Positions 38,591 through 52,006 of a stretch of 64,000 nucleotides of DNA are shown piece by piece. The first letter of the stretch is position 1. Each line of letters begins with the position of its first letter. This stretch comes from Azolla caroliniana (taxonomy: Eukaryota; Plantae; Polypodiophyta). The notes beneath the pieces were generated by a model. It was not told where the DNA came from. It ran no database searches and was given only the letters and a program-made list of their open reading frames with translations. Both the position numbers and the translations under genes were made by a program. Location of the stretch: the NCBI GenBank assembly GCA_043228905.1, contig JBHGNT010000012.1, positions 20,584,001-20,648,000 of the forward strand, written 5' to 3'.

Positions 38591-40343
38591 CACAAAAGAG
38601 TCTTTATTTCATAAAGCAAATAATACAACAACCAACCTCACAAAGAGGTTACAAGGTCACTATATATAGTGACTGACTTAGGGCAACTACCCTTTATGCT
38701 AATTACATAAATGGCCAAAACGAGATAGTGTGAATACGTCCATTATACACATGTATTCGACAAGAATTGCCAAAGTAACCTACCCTTAACATGTCTTTAC
38801 GCCCAAAATTGTCCTCAAAATGAAGGCCTTATGCATATACTAAACATGCCAAAAGGGCGATGCAAAGAAACCGAAATTGGCATGTGAGAAAACTCATTGG
38901 AATTGAGATTTGAATATTTAGTTATACAATTCCACTTTGCAATGATAGATGTCCACATATATCTTCACACTTGACAAGTAATGAAGCAATGCTTACTATG
39001 TTCTAGTTATTTTATGCAAAAGAAACACATTTAAACAACAATAATCCACTTTCTAATGGTGTATCCAACTAAGGGGAAAACCCCTCAATCATGAACCTCC
39101 AAATAATCACATTAGCTATCACACGTTGCCACACATTGTGGCCATCATAATTCCCCATTCTTTCACAAATCCCTCTACCATCGACTCATACCTTTAAATC
39201 AACTTATGATAAACATCATTTCTTGTTACTTTAGTAAGATACTTACTCTCTACAAAGTTCCAATTCGTCTTAATTGAGACTAAAGCAAATATGCAATCAA
39301 CCAGTGTAAATTTGGCAATGAATGCTTACCCTCAAATTGCAATGTTCAAAAGTCCAAAATACCCATTTATCCAATTGCACTTCTTGCCAAAGGTAAGAGT
39401 AGGAGGTAATATAAAACTATGAGAATCACAATTAAATGCACCACTTTAAGGCTTACCTAAAAAGCCCAAGTTGGTGACGTTCAATACAAGAATTTGTCCA
39501 TTTAACAAGACTCTCATTTGACTTCCTCAAACCAATTGGATAATCCAAATGTTTACAAATTTTACCATGGGAAATAAGAGGCCTACCTAACCAAGATCAT
39601 GTAGATTCTTATCTATCCCCAAAATGGGAACTCACCTATCCATGTTAATCTTCAAACATGAGCCGACTACAAATAGCTCACACACTTCTATAGTTTTAAC
39701 AATGCTATCGTATGTATAAGTATCCAAAAACTAGATATGATAATCTATTAATACTTGCACAAATGAGAATTTCTTGATGGAAACAAAATTCCTACAAAAT
39801 CCTTCTTGCCATATTATGTAACATTGTTAAATGGAATGTGTTGTAATCGCAAACAAAAACGAACCTAACAAATATCCTTGTTTTACTGATTTTTGATATG
39901 GAATGAATATATATGTTTTATTTCCAAACATATTACAACTTCCATTAGTTAAGTCAATGTGCATAGGATAATATACAACTCATATGTTACAGGACAACTT
40001 GCATGGCTACAAATAATCCAACATGTATAAAGAAATCAACAAAAAACTCATAATCACCGCATCATCCGATGAGCACAGAAGTACTCGACCACATACCCTC
40101 AACGTGAGCCTCATACGACCCAAATTCAACATAGCCATACTCCAATCTCTTCACGTGGCAACACCCATCTATGTGTTTGGTACCCTCGAAGGGAACAACC
40201 ACCGTGGTGGGTGATAAATCCACTTTGCATTGCCATCCACCATCTGCAGCATTAGAGAACCTCTCCATTTCAGAAGGAACTGGCCTCTAACTTCTTCACT
40301 CGCATTCGAGGGTCCTTGAAGGCTTTCAAACTCTTCTTGTAAC

Positions 40344-43234
40344 TGTTGAGAATTAGGTCCCTTTCGGATGGGCTGAATTCAGGACAAAGGAAAATGTAAA
40401 TAGGTTTGAGACGAGCCTACATAGGCCAGTTATGTAAATAGCCTGAAAGTTATCTAAATATAAAGATAACTAGGGAAAACCTTATGTCTGTGTGTTCAGT
40501 GTGATTGAGGTTGAGTCTTCTTGTTCGCTACTGTGTGAGTTGTATCTATAAGTGTGTAAAGCGCGTGCGAGGTCGTTGCCTTTGCTGTAGAATAGACAAA
40601 ACGTGAGAGAGACAATGAGAGTGCCCATGTTGTAATTGTCAAGGACACACCAAGCGTGGACTACAACGGAGCACAGATGATGGGGCTACGAGCAATGGAT
40701 GAACTTGGAGCTAGATGTGACAAGGCTAGGAACTCTAGATGTTGTGAGTGACATGAGGGCGACATGAAGACAGAAATAAAGATCAAGAAGACAAAGATGA
40801 CGCGAAACTAGAATACTAGATTGATGTGTCAATGACTGGTGTTGAATCCCTTGAAAGGGACCAGGGAGGTTAGAAGTATTTATATATGTTTTGAGATTTA
40901 ATATCTTTAGAATATACTCGTCTCGAATATGTCGTACAATATTTCTAGAATATACTACTGACTACTGATTCTGAAATGTACTTATCTGCTAGACTATAGA
41001 ATACTAAAGTACTGTATACAAATGCATGCTCATATCAAGATGGTTGAGCATGACATCTTGTAGTTATGAGGTTGCAGGTTCAATCCTCACTAACTACGTA
41101 TTTGACATTGTTATGTCGTGATAGTAACCGCCAGTAGGTGAGGTGTATGAACTCAAGTTGGTGCTTGTGTGTGTGTGTGTGTTTGTCTCGTTGTATAGAT
41201 CTCTCTTATAGTGATTTGTTCGGTGTCTGTGGGCACCCATGGTTTTTACCCTATTAAGGGTTTTTCCACGTTAAAATCTTGTGTAGTTTCATTTCTGTTT
41301 CTCTCTGTATTTGCTTGTACCCATTCCGTATTTGATTCGGTTGTGGTCGAGTTCTCGTTTTTCATATCAAACTGGTATTAGAGCATAGAAAAATGGAAGA
41401 TTCATTTGAGGGTATGCTCAAGCTAACTGGCTCCAACTATTCAGTGTGGAAGTCGAAGATGAGAGATATGCTAGTGTGCAAAGACCTATGAGTACTAGTA
41501 CAGTTCGGAAGTAAAAGGCTAGACAAGATTGATGCATCGACTTGAGAAGTGTTGCATCTAAAGGCCGCAACATACATCAGTTGTTTTATAAACATGAGTC
41601 TATACAACAGCTTTGACGATGAGAATAAGGCAGATGTCCTTTGGGAGAAGATCGACATAATGTTCGAGAACAAAAATTCCGTCAACAGAGTCCCAGTCTT
41701 CAGAAAGATTGCGAGACTCTGGTATCAGGATGGCTCCAGCATGGTGGAGCACCTAAACTCTTTTCAAGGGCTCATCAACCAAACCACCTCTCTAGAAGTA
41801 CCTCTAGTCAGCGAGGTACTAGCACTTTTATTGTTGGGATCCCTTCTGGATAGTTGGGAGACACTTATTGTCACACTGGGACTGGTTGGACTGGAAGGGA
41901 AACATCTGACCCTAGAGAAGGTGAAGTTGAGCTTGTTAAATGAGGAAGCTCATTGGAAGGACAAGGCGGCGATTTCCGACCCGAAGGCTCTAGTCACAGA
42001 AAGTGATACACATACAGGGAGAGGCCACAATTAGAGTCCCCAGAACTGAGAGAAGTCAAGGATAAGGTCGAAGTCAAGGAGGCCCACCTGCTTCTACTGT
42101 GGGAAGCCAAGGCATTTCTAGAAGAATTGCCGATACTTCTGAAATGAGAAAGGGGGAGCCGACGGTGCCGACTCAAAGAAGGGTTCGGATTGGAAAGGCA
42201 AGTCGGCTATCACAACAAGTGAGGAAAAATTGTTGCTCATCAGTGAGCAAAACGAAGTGAACCTTGTTGGTGATGAATCGACATGGGTAGTCGATTTGGA
42301 TGCGTCATTCCACCTAACCCCCGAGCGAAATGCTTTTCATCTTACAGAGCCGAAGATGTTGAATCTGTAAATATGGGAAATGAAGGAGCATGCCGAATTG
42401 TCAGCATTGGAGATGTGTGTTTGGTAACGTCAACTAGTGCTGAAAGATGTACAACACGTCCCGAAAGTCAGATTGAATCTAATTTCAGCCGATCAGCTCG
42501 ATGATGAAGGCTCCACGGGTAGCATCCGGAACGGTGTCATGAAGTTTTGCAAGGGGAGCCTGATCGTGGCTCCAACCCAGAAAACCAACACAATGTATTT
42601 GATGCATGCTTGATCATGACGAGAGGAAGTGATTGTGGCAGCTGACACAGTTGGTAAGATGTGGCACAAGAGGTTGTGTCACATGAGCCACAAGGGGATG
42701 CAAAGACTTGCCGATGATATTAACCTCATTCCGAAGGTGAAGAATGTGTAACTTGAGAAGTGCATAGATTGCTTGGCTGGCAAGCAGAATCAAACCTCCT
42801 TCCGAACAAGGCCCCCGATGAGGAAGAAGACGCCGATGGAACTTGTTCATACTGACGTATGCTACATGGACTCAAAGTCACATGCTGGTTCACAATATTT
42901 TGTGACCTTCATAGACGACTGTAGCTGGAAGTTGTGGGCGTCTGTGCTAAAGACGAAGGATCAAGTATTATCTGTCTTCAAGGAGTTCCAAGCGAGAGCC
43001 GAAAGAGAAATCAGATGAAAGCAGTCAGAGCGGACAATGGTGGTGAATACCGCAGGCAATTTGAAGAGTCCTACCGAACTCCAAATATTCGGCTCGAGTA
43101 CATAGTACCGAAAATGGCAAAGCTCAATGGGCTGGCCGAGAGGATGAGTCAAACCATTATGGAGAGGGTCCGAAGTATGTTAGCACATGTAAAATTGTCC
43201 AAGACCTTCTAGGCTGAGGCGCTAATGACACTGG
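40344..43234 (+). mobile_element. Decayed copia: 5' LTR 40344-41369 (with insert), PBS 41373-41384, gag-protease-integrase
   Basis: TGTTGAGA...TCA LTR and TGGTATTAGAGC PBS. Gag starts at 41393 and is homologous to the 14600-17640 copy; ELVHTDVC..RADNGGEY. Confidence 0.85.
40637..41107. repeat. Solo-LTR-like insert within the copia LTR
   Basis: TGTCAA...TTGACA termini and tattctaga-type repeats similar to 46058-46560 (reversed). No clean TSD. Confidence 0.5.
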
Positions 43235-45430
43235 TGTCGTGAGGATTTTCGGCTACGGTGAGAAAACTGAGTAGGACGAATAAAACGGGGATGTGCAACA
43301 TTGCACATGCACTTAGTAATTTGTAAATAGGAATAAGAAAAACAATGTATAAGGGAAAGGCGAAATCTAAGGTGCTAAAGTACACCAAAGATTTCGTAAA
43401 GTATAAATGTGATGTGCACCTAGGAGCACATGCACATGTAGGAAAAGAGAGTGCATAAAAGTAAGGGTGCGATGAGTAGTGGGCATGGTAGTGTGCGTGT
43501 GTGTGAAAATGAGAGGAGAAGGAGTTAAGGCCCCATCAATCTCTCCTCTTAAAATCAAAGTAAATATCCCTCTTTGAAAAGAGTGGAATATTTGGCATCT
43601 CCTTTTGTAATAAGCTCACCCTTTTTCCACTATAAAAGGGGGTGAGGAGGCACCATTGAGGGGTCACCATTTTGTCATTAGAGGTATATCGTTAGGGTTT
43701 TCTTCTTCATGTTATCCCTATTTCGTTTTGGGGTTTCAGTTTTAGGTCCCCCTTTCATATCATTTTCCTTTCTCTCGATTAGGGTTTAGTTCTTCTTCCT
43801 ATCCGGTTAGGTTTTTCTAGTTGTGCTTGAGTCCGGCGTAGATCGCCACGGTTGTAATCATATTGTTACTTTGAGCCTCGTAATGGAATTTGTTTGATGA
43901 ACCTTGTCTCGATCTAGCTCTTTATCTTTCTAATCTTCGCACATTGTTCCTTCCCTTTTGTGCTCGGAGGCTCGGTTAAGCTCCCATTTTCCCCGTTATT
44001 TTACTCCCTAGTCCAAGACCCCCTGTGGTCCTGCCCAAGCCAACATGCGCACGTGGATTTCCATGGCATCTTTGGTGAACCCAACATGAAAGGGCGCCAA
44101 GGGAGGATAATGATGGAGGAAGAAAATTTCGAGGAGATGATGTTGAGTATGATCATGAAGTTTTCGAAGGAAAGAGAAAGGTGAGATGCGGCTCAACAAG
44201 CTGTTGAGAGCGTGGTCAAAAAAGTCGCCCGTTTCAATGGGGACGAGGTCCCAAAATGTTTAAAAGCCTACAATGTCTAGATGACAATGAGGGGTGTGGA
44301 CAACGGAACAAGGCTAAAGTATTTTTGTCGGGTGATGGCCGTATCAATACATGAAGAGGTTAGAGAGCTTCAAGAAGCTCACAAGTCATGGGTATCCTTC
44401 GAGGAGGCTCTATTGGAGGCATACGGTTACGAAAAACCGAAGGGGCAAGGTTGGTGCGAGTTTGACCAATGGGTAGCATCTGTGAAGACTCATCAAAGCA
44501 CAATGCAAGCATTCCAAGAGTTCGAGCATTGTTTTGCTGAACTCTCGGAGTAGGATCGAAGATTGATGGGGGTGGATAAGGTCCTATTATTTTTTAAGTT
44601 GGTTGATTGAAAAGAAAGGATGGCCATTTTACTTGAACTCGAAGACGATGATGGAGCAAACGGCCTAAAAAAGGATTGGAACGAAGTAGGGAGGGTATGC
44701 TGGTGACATGATGAGAAGCAGACGGGGACATTGCCAGCCAAAATACGGCCCACGAGCGGCAATCAAAAGAGGGTGGCAAGTGATGACGCACTATCACCGA
44801 AGGAGGAGAGCTCATCACAGAAGGTTCTGGCGGTGCTTGACATAGAAGCATTGATAAGGGAGGCGTACGAGATCAAGAAGATGGGGGTCGAAGCTGAAGA
44901 AGGGTCTATTATGGAGTCGGGCTTGAGCAGACCGGATGACGAGGAGGAAGTTGCGTCCTTGAGGACAAAGGACGGGGCCTACTCGGAGGCCGAAGAACGG
45001 TATGATGGGAGACTGTGGAGCAAGCCACCCTCTCAACTTGCGGAGGAAGATCAACCGAGGATAAGGTTGAATTCGGGGAGGCGACAATTGCCGCTTCGGA
45101 AGAGGACCGATGGTTTCTTGCACGATGGCCTGAAACATCGGATGATGGAGAAGCGAACATAGTCAGAGCTTGCGCGATCGGGGATGAAGGAGAGGAGATA
45201 GCCACGGACAACGACGTCCAAACAGAGGTGGCTATGGAAAAGTCATCGATGATCGATGCTGCCGAAGATTTCTCCACACCAGTTCTAGAGACTTCGGCAA
45301 TTGTGCCCGAGAGCCAATGTGAGACCGAGACGGCAACAAGGATAATGAGGTAATTGGTAGTGGACGAAGACGAGACCCCTTGACACCAGTTCTGGAGATT
45401 TGGCGGTTGTGTTTGAGTGCCAACATGATA
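43235..45430 (+). mobile_element. Gypsy-type element 5' part: LTR 43235-44068, degenerate tRNA-Trp PBS 44073-44090, decayed gag-like ORF
   Basis: TGTCGTGA LTR start, then TCTT-TGGTGAACCCAACATGAA. The ORF pieces are homologous to 52007-53455 (FCRVMAV..HEEVREL..WVASVKTH). Confidence 0.8.
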
Positions 45431-45469
45431 CTGGAGAGATGGGAGGTGGCCGCAACGAGACGGTCGAGT

Positions 45470-46057
45470 AGTCTTGATGTGTCGTCGTAATAGCCATACT
45501 CGATCTCCAATAGCGAAAGAGGATGGAAGTCGATGACGATCCGCATAGTCTTTCTGTGTTTGTTGGGTGCGATGTAGATGGGTAGATAGTTTTGCTTGAA
45601 TTCGTCGTAGCCGCCCAAATGATCCTCTACACGAAGATGTGTGGGTAACTCAGGAGTTTCTAACACACACCAGTGAGGATGATAACCGGTATAAGTGTAG
45701 AATGATGTAACCCTAGGAGAGGAGTGGATAGAATTATTATAAGCAAATTCAACGAAGTGTAGAATATTTGCCCAATCATAACACTGAAGATACTATTCCA
45801 GCATTTGATTGGTATGTTCTGCTTGTCCATCTGGTTGGGGATGATAGCCAAAGCAGAGATTGCAAGTGACCTTGAGCATTTTGAAGAGATTCTTCCAAAA
45901 TTTAGAGATGAATTGAGGTCCATGATCACTGATGATACTATTGGGAAGACCATGATGCTGTGAAATATCTTCACACATAACAACTCTTGCAGTTTCTTCA
46001 CTAGGGATTTCTTTAGTACAAGGCACAAAATGTGCTATCTTAGTACATTGGTCTACC
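45470..46057 (-). pseudogene. Gypsy (chromovirus-type) integrase core fragment
   Basis: HGLPNSIISDHGPQFISKFW..YHPQPDGQAEHTNQMLE. Confidence 0.8.
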
Positions 46058-46560
46058 TGTCACATCTAGGATGTGACACGAACATCTGACCTATAACACA
46101 CCCAATATGTAGTATTAGATAAACCATTTGGAAACCCTTAAGTTATATGTAAATTGCATATGGTTAATATTGTATAGCCTAGCATATAGAATATTCTAGT
46201 CTATAGTATATTCTAGACATGTTCTATGGTATATTCTAGAGATATTTCTCGGGTATATTCTAGAGATATTTCTTAGGTATATTCTAGAGATATTTAATCT
46301 CATTGTATAAATATGTGTGTTCACCTAGATTATAATCAAGGTGAACAACACCAGTTGTGGAGTCTTTCAATTAATCAACTCATCCCTTTGATTATCTTCT
46401 ACGCTCTTGTGTATATTTTCTACCCATGATAGTTTGTTCACCTTCCCATCTTCGTAGCTCTCCTTCCCATTAGTCGTAGTTATGTCCGACCTAGCTTGTG
46501 ACTTATGACGGGAACTCAACGCTCCTTATGCACAACGCTTGGCCACTACCGAGCTTAGAA

Positions 46561-46776
46561 TGATACACAGAAAACGGGAAATAAAACACGACACAAAGAA
46601 GAGGAAGATACACAGGAGGTTTACGTGGAAAACCCCAAACTAGGGGGAAAAACCACAGCAGCCCACAGGCTGCAAACTGTCACTATGTAAGAATGTACAA
46701 TAGTGAGTTCGCTAAGGCACCGACCTCGTGCTCACGAATCTTCGCCACAGGCGGCGGTTACAACAGAGGCAACGAC

Positions 46777-46812
<36 letters not shown>

Positions 46813-47212
46813 AGTTACGCACTCTCTCTTTTCTTGCACCAACAAGAAATGATGACAACTCACTTTTCTAAAGGTTTGCCCTAAGTCATATTTATACTAA
46901 TATGACTTTTTCGGCTATTTACAAATATATCCACGATGGACTCTCAGAAACATATTTACCAATATGTCTCCTCATCCGGTTCATACCGGGTCTGCACCAT
47001 CCGGCTCTCCGTAGCCGGGTACTCCTCATACGGTTCATACCGGGTCTGCACCATCCGGCTCTCCGTAGCCGGGTACTCATCCGGTTCTCACCGGGTCAGC
47101 ACCATCCGGCTCTCCGTAGCCGGGTACTCCTCATACGGTTTCAGCCTCGGCCAAGTTTGTTCATAAGCACTGTCCTTCTCCCTTCCCATTCGGAGGGACC
47201 TGTCTCCCAACA
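46561..47212 (-). repeat. Copia solo LTR with three ~45-48-bp internal tandem units (46973-47140)
   Basis: Homologous to LTR 442-1044 (acgtggaaaaccc, gtttgccctaagtcatatttata, ggagggacc..cccaaca). The left boundary and TSD are uncertain. Confidence 0.75.
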
Positions 47213-50200
47213 ACTTAAGCCAGATAATGATAGCTGTAAAACAACTCCAACTTGAAAATGAAGCTCTTCGGAATTCTTTACGAGAACTTCAAGTCGGTGC
47301 CTCCCTATCCTCACAGTCCACGGAGCCTAGTGTCCCACCACAACCTAGCCCGGAGCCCATTTTTCTACCAACATCTGATCTAGCTTTCTCATTTTCTTGA
47401 GCCTAAGATTAGCCTCCCAGAAAAATTTGATGGAATGAGGTCACGTTTCCAATGTTTCATCACCCAAATTGGTCTAATCATTCGGCTACAACCTCAATGT
47501 TATGCAGATGGTTTTTGACAAGTTGGACTTGTGGGCACCCTCCTCTCCAATCCGGCCCTTTAGTAGAAACTTCGTCATCTCTATTGGAGGACTTTCCCAC
47601 CTTCCTCGCCGAGTTAGAGGCCACATTTGGAGAGACGGACTGAGGACGTACAACCCTCACCAAGCTTTATGCACTCGAACAAGGTTTGCGTGCAACTTCT
47701 GTCTATGCTTCAGAATTTTGACAACTAGCATGTGATGTCAACTGGGATGATCAAGCTTTAGCTTATCACTTTCGGCAAGGCCTTTGGAGCAATGTCAAGA
47801 ATCTTCTCTTGAACTTTCCCGAGCCCACCTCGTTATCCCAAGCGATTTCACAAGTAGTCCATTGTGACAATCATGTTTTTGAATTTTTCCAGGAAGAGCG
47901 CCAAACTTGGGGTTTGACTCATTCATTTCCATGACATGCCCCAGTCGTACAACCCCTAGTATCACTCCTGTCGGTGGCGTCACACTCCCCTTCTTTGGCA
48001 GATGCTCCAATACCAATGGAAATTGATCAAGCTTGATTTCGGCCATTGATGCCAAACGACAATTTCGAAGGGCTAATGGATTGTGCCTATATTGTGGTGC
48101 ATCGGGTCATCTCCTTCGCCATTGTCCTTGGAGTAATCGCCCACCATTCCATCGAGCCAACGGACCCCAACATCCGGAAAACGACATCGTCCGGTTGCAA
48201 TAGGAGCCATGCAACTGGACGTCTCCCGTCATCCACATTCTCGTGGTTCCATTTCTAGAATATCAAGCAATTTCATATTGGAGGTATGCCTTTCTTTTAA
48301 TTCCTGTTCCATTCAGCCTATTGCTTTACTTGATTCTGGAGCGTCTTCTTGCTTCATCAATGCATGACATTCACCCGAGCACATGGGATACTTGTCATGT
48401 CCCTCTCAAAACCCATTCCTGTTGAAGCCATTGATGGGTGTGCCCTCTCGTCAGGAGCAATTACCGAGACTACAATCTGATTAGGGCTTCGTGTGGGCTC
48501 CCACCAGGAGGAGCTCCCCTTTTGCCATATTGCATCGCCTCAACATCCAATTTTCTTAGGACTATCGTGGTTGGAGGCGCACAATCCAATAGTGGATTGG
48601 TGCAATCGCTCGCTCATATTTAGCGAGCCAGCATGCTCGCACACAACAATGAAGGTTAATTCAGTTTCACATTCTCCGGAGATGGTTGATTCCAACTTGA
48701 CCACACCACCCTTAGTTCATCACCTGCTCGTTGTTTGTGGAGCTACTTCTAACACACTTCACGCTATTCCCGAAAAGTATAAAGACTGTCCCGATATATT
48801 TGAGAAACATAATGCAGATCGTTTGCCCGAACACCGGCTCTACAACTGTCCCGTCGATGTTCAAGAAGGTACGTTGTCGCGTTATTATGCGCGTGCGTGG
48901 AGAAAGGCGGGACTAGGGAGTGACGGAGCGTAGGAAGTCGTGCTTCACCATTTCCGAGGCATCCTAGAAGCACACCGGAAGCAACCGAAGGGAGGGAGAC
49001 AGAGAGAGGGAGCGCACGCTTAACACCGACTCACGCACACACACGCACACACACACACACATGTCGACCCGACTCACGCCCTTATATACAGGAAATGCAG
49101 GAAAGGGAAAGCATCCGACACCAACAGAGACGCGAATATACACAGACAGACGCAAATGTATATATATAAAAGGAAGAATACATTCCCGGCTTCGAGCCGG
49201 ACCGAGGTAGGTTACAATAGTCGTCAGCTGCCAAGCCGCCGGTCGGGGAGCTCACGGGCTCGTCGCGCCGAGCGGGGTCTTGCGCAGGAGAGGAGCTGAA
49301 GCAAACCCTAAGCGAACACGAAGGGGGAGAGGAAGAAGAAGAAGAAAAGCAACTAACCTTAAATCTAACGGTATACCCTCTAACGCAAAATGGGCAACCC
49401 CTTTCACAAAGGGCGCTCCCTTCCTTTTATAGAACAAGGAGAGGGATGCGTTACAATGTGGGATAAATCCCGACTTACATGGGATCGTCTGTCCCGACTT
49501 GACTACTCTTCGGCGCCATAAAGGCGCCCTCGTTATTCACACTAAATGTACATGGGTGCGTACACACGCTGCACCCCGCCGATGTAGCCAATGTTTCCCG
49601 GTTTCCGCCTCTGGCCGAAATTCTTCACGAAATCCGCCCCCACCTAACTGCACGTCCACCGGTACGTGCCAAATCTGGTTGAAGGGTGAGAGATTTCGAC
49701 CGGTGAGAAACCGGTCTTCCGTAATCCGCATTCTGGCTCGCTGCTGGTTTGATCTGTCGGCTTCGGTTCTTCCTTTGCGCTTACCTCCCCGTTGGCTTGT
49801 TCGACCCGTCGATGGGTCCTCTGCCGCGATCTCCGTAGTACGCGTACTTCCGTTGGCCCTTGTTCGGCCGTATGAACGCCCCGCTCCCCGCCGTATGCCC
49901 GATGTCCTCCGCCGCCACCTTCCTTCTGCATGGTCTTACATTTCCGCGTCGGCTCGAACCGCCATGGTCTTCGAAACGGTGTGGAGGATCCCTTTTTTGG
50001 CCTTCTTCGCGCTACCTCCGAACCGCGCAAACTGTCTCCGCGCTCGCCTTCCCGCTCCGGCACCTTCGTGTGCCACGTACCCTCGTCCATTGTTTGGCAC
50101 TGCCTGTGCCGTACTCCGGTTCATTGCACGCCTTGTTGGCCCCCCTTTTCGGCCAGATTGTGCATCGCAGCTCACCCGCATACTAGTGTCCTTCGCATCC

Positions 50201-50704
50201 GAGGAACACCCCATAATAGCCCGCTTGGCCCTTCCCGTCTTCGTGCTGCTCCAACAGGTCCCGAGTCTTCCGCTTGCCGTTGTCCCCTCGCCCCCACCAG
50301 CTTGTCACCCGGGCTTGCCGTGTCAGTCTTCGCTACTTCGACGGAGCTTCCGACATCTACGAAGCGAGTGTGGAGGATCCTCCTCCGGCCTCTCTTGTCA
50401 TCCCCTGACTCCGACCCTGTGCAGTCCATTACGTCACCTCGTTCCCGACACCTCCCTTGTGCCGTCTTCCGCCCGCGCCGAACACCGTTCCGCAGTCACG
50501 CTTCGATCCGGCCCGCGATGGCCACTTGCGATACTCTTGTTTCGTCCTTTCCGGCCTGACACACCTCCCTGTCTTTACCCCTACCGGCTCCTTCCGAAAC
50601 CGTAACCGGCCGGTGAGGGTTTCACACTTCGTCCGCCCGTTTTACCGGCTCCCTATCCGCTACCCCGTGTCGTTAGGTCCCGTTCCCTGCCGCCACCGTC
50701 CTTC

Positions 50705-51730
50705 TCCCTAGGTCTCACGTTGCCACGTTGGCCGAACTGCCGGAGTCTCCGGATCGGTGTGAGGGTCCCATAGGACCGGACTCCGTTTCTATGCTTGCTG
50801 AAATTCGGGTGTCTTTTGTTTGAGTCCTTCCCTGACTCTCCTCGTGTCTTCCGCGTAGTCGGGTCCCGTTTCCCGCCGCCACCAACCTTCTCTCTTAGTC
50901 TCATGTTGCCACGTTGGCCGAACTGCCAGAGTCTTTGGTTAAGTGTGGGGATCCCGTAGGACCGGACTTCCTTACGCCCACTGACCTTGTCGGAAGGTCC
51001 GATTTGGTTCGTGGCCGCCTTGCCGGCCTAATACCTCCTTGCCGTTCGTCGCCTCCTGTCGGCCGATCACGTTCTCCTGCCGCCACCGATCTTCCCTATA
51101 GGACTCACGCCGGCTCTCGAGCCGACCGCCGGATCGGTGTGAGGATCTCCGTAGACCGCCCATCCGTAGCCCTTTTTCCCTTCGTCACCTCGCCACCACC
51201 GTCAGTATCTTGGTCTTACGTCAACTGCGTTGCCGACTGCCGAAGTCTCTAGAACCGGTGTGAAGGATCCTCCTTGGGCCTCCGTTTTGTCTTCTTGACC
51301 CTGTCCCGGGTCGTCCTTTTCCGGACGCCGAGAGGGCAGTTTACTCCGCACCCTCTCCCGTGGTACCGACGTACTGTCTCCTCGGCCTCTTTGTAGGCCG
51401 GCTCTTTTCCTCCCTCCTGGAATGGTCATCCGGGAGTCCGTTCCGCCCGGTTCTCGTCCGGGTCCGTCCGTCCTTCTCCGTATTGTCGGGTCCCGTTCTC
51501 TTGTCACCACCAGCCTTCTCCCTAGGTCTCACGTTGCCACGTTGGCCGAACTGCCGGGGCCTCTGGACTGGTGTGGGGATCCTGTAGGACCGGACTTCGT
51601 TCTCCTCTTCATCCCTTGTACTTCTCCCGAACTCGTCGCTTCTCTCCTTCTCGCGTACTTGCCTCCATCCTCCATCTCTTTCGGTCTCACGTTGCCACGT
51701 CGGCCGAACTGCCGAGGTCTCCGGATAAGA
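50705..51730. repeat. Dispersed GC-rich direct repeats within the gag-only element
   Basis: tctcacgttgccacgt.ggccgaactgcc at ~50713, ~50899, ~51527 and ~51686, with a degenerate copy at ~51215. Confidence 0.8.
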
Positions 51731-52006
51731 TGTGGCGTAACCGATTTCGCAACGTCTTTTTGCAACTCGTCCGGGCCACCGCCCCTTTTAGTGGTGTCGG
51801 TGGATAACATCTGCTCTGTGATCAATCAAGCCCCGCCTAAGCTTGATTCTCCAATGTCCGGAGTTTCGGCTCCAATGCCGATCTTGCCAGACTCATTCCG
51901 AACCTTTGATCACCTTCCTTTCCAATTCCCGACCTTCGCCTGGTCGGTCTTTCTCCCCATGTAAAAGAGGGCGGCTCGTCCCGCACCCTCTCCCGTATCG
52001 GCACCT

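Larger units (their letters stand above)
33142..38762 (-). mobile_element. Full-length, very young Ty1/copia LTR retrotransposon
   Basis: LTRs 33142-33429 and 38471-38762 appear identical except for the (AG)n length. 5-bp TSD AGAAT on both sides, PBS-iMet 38457-38468, PPT at 33430. Confidence 0.97.

Noticed and set aside
38770-40340. Possible degenerate multi-exon gene on the minus strand (also 31800-33140), split by the copia
   Set aside because: Some exon-like patches are present, but I found no consistent frame or recognisable domain. It needs a translated search.
49499-52000. Many overlapping 100-370-aa ORFs on both strands
   Set aside because: These are expected in GC-rich, repetitive retroelement internal DNA. 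No domain motifs were seen.
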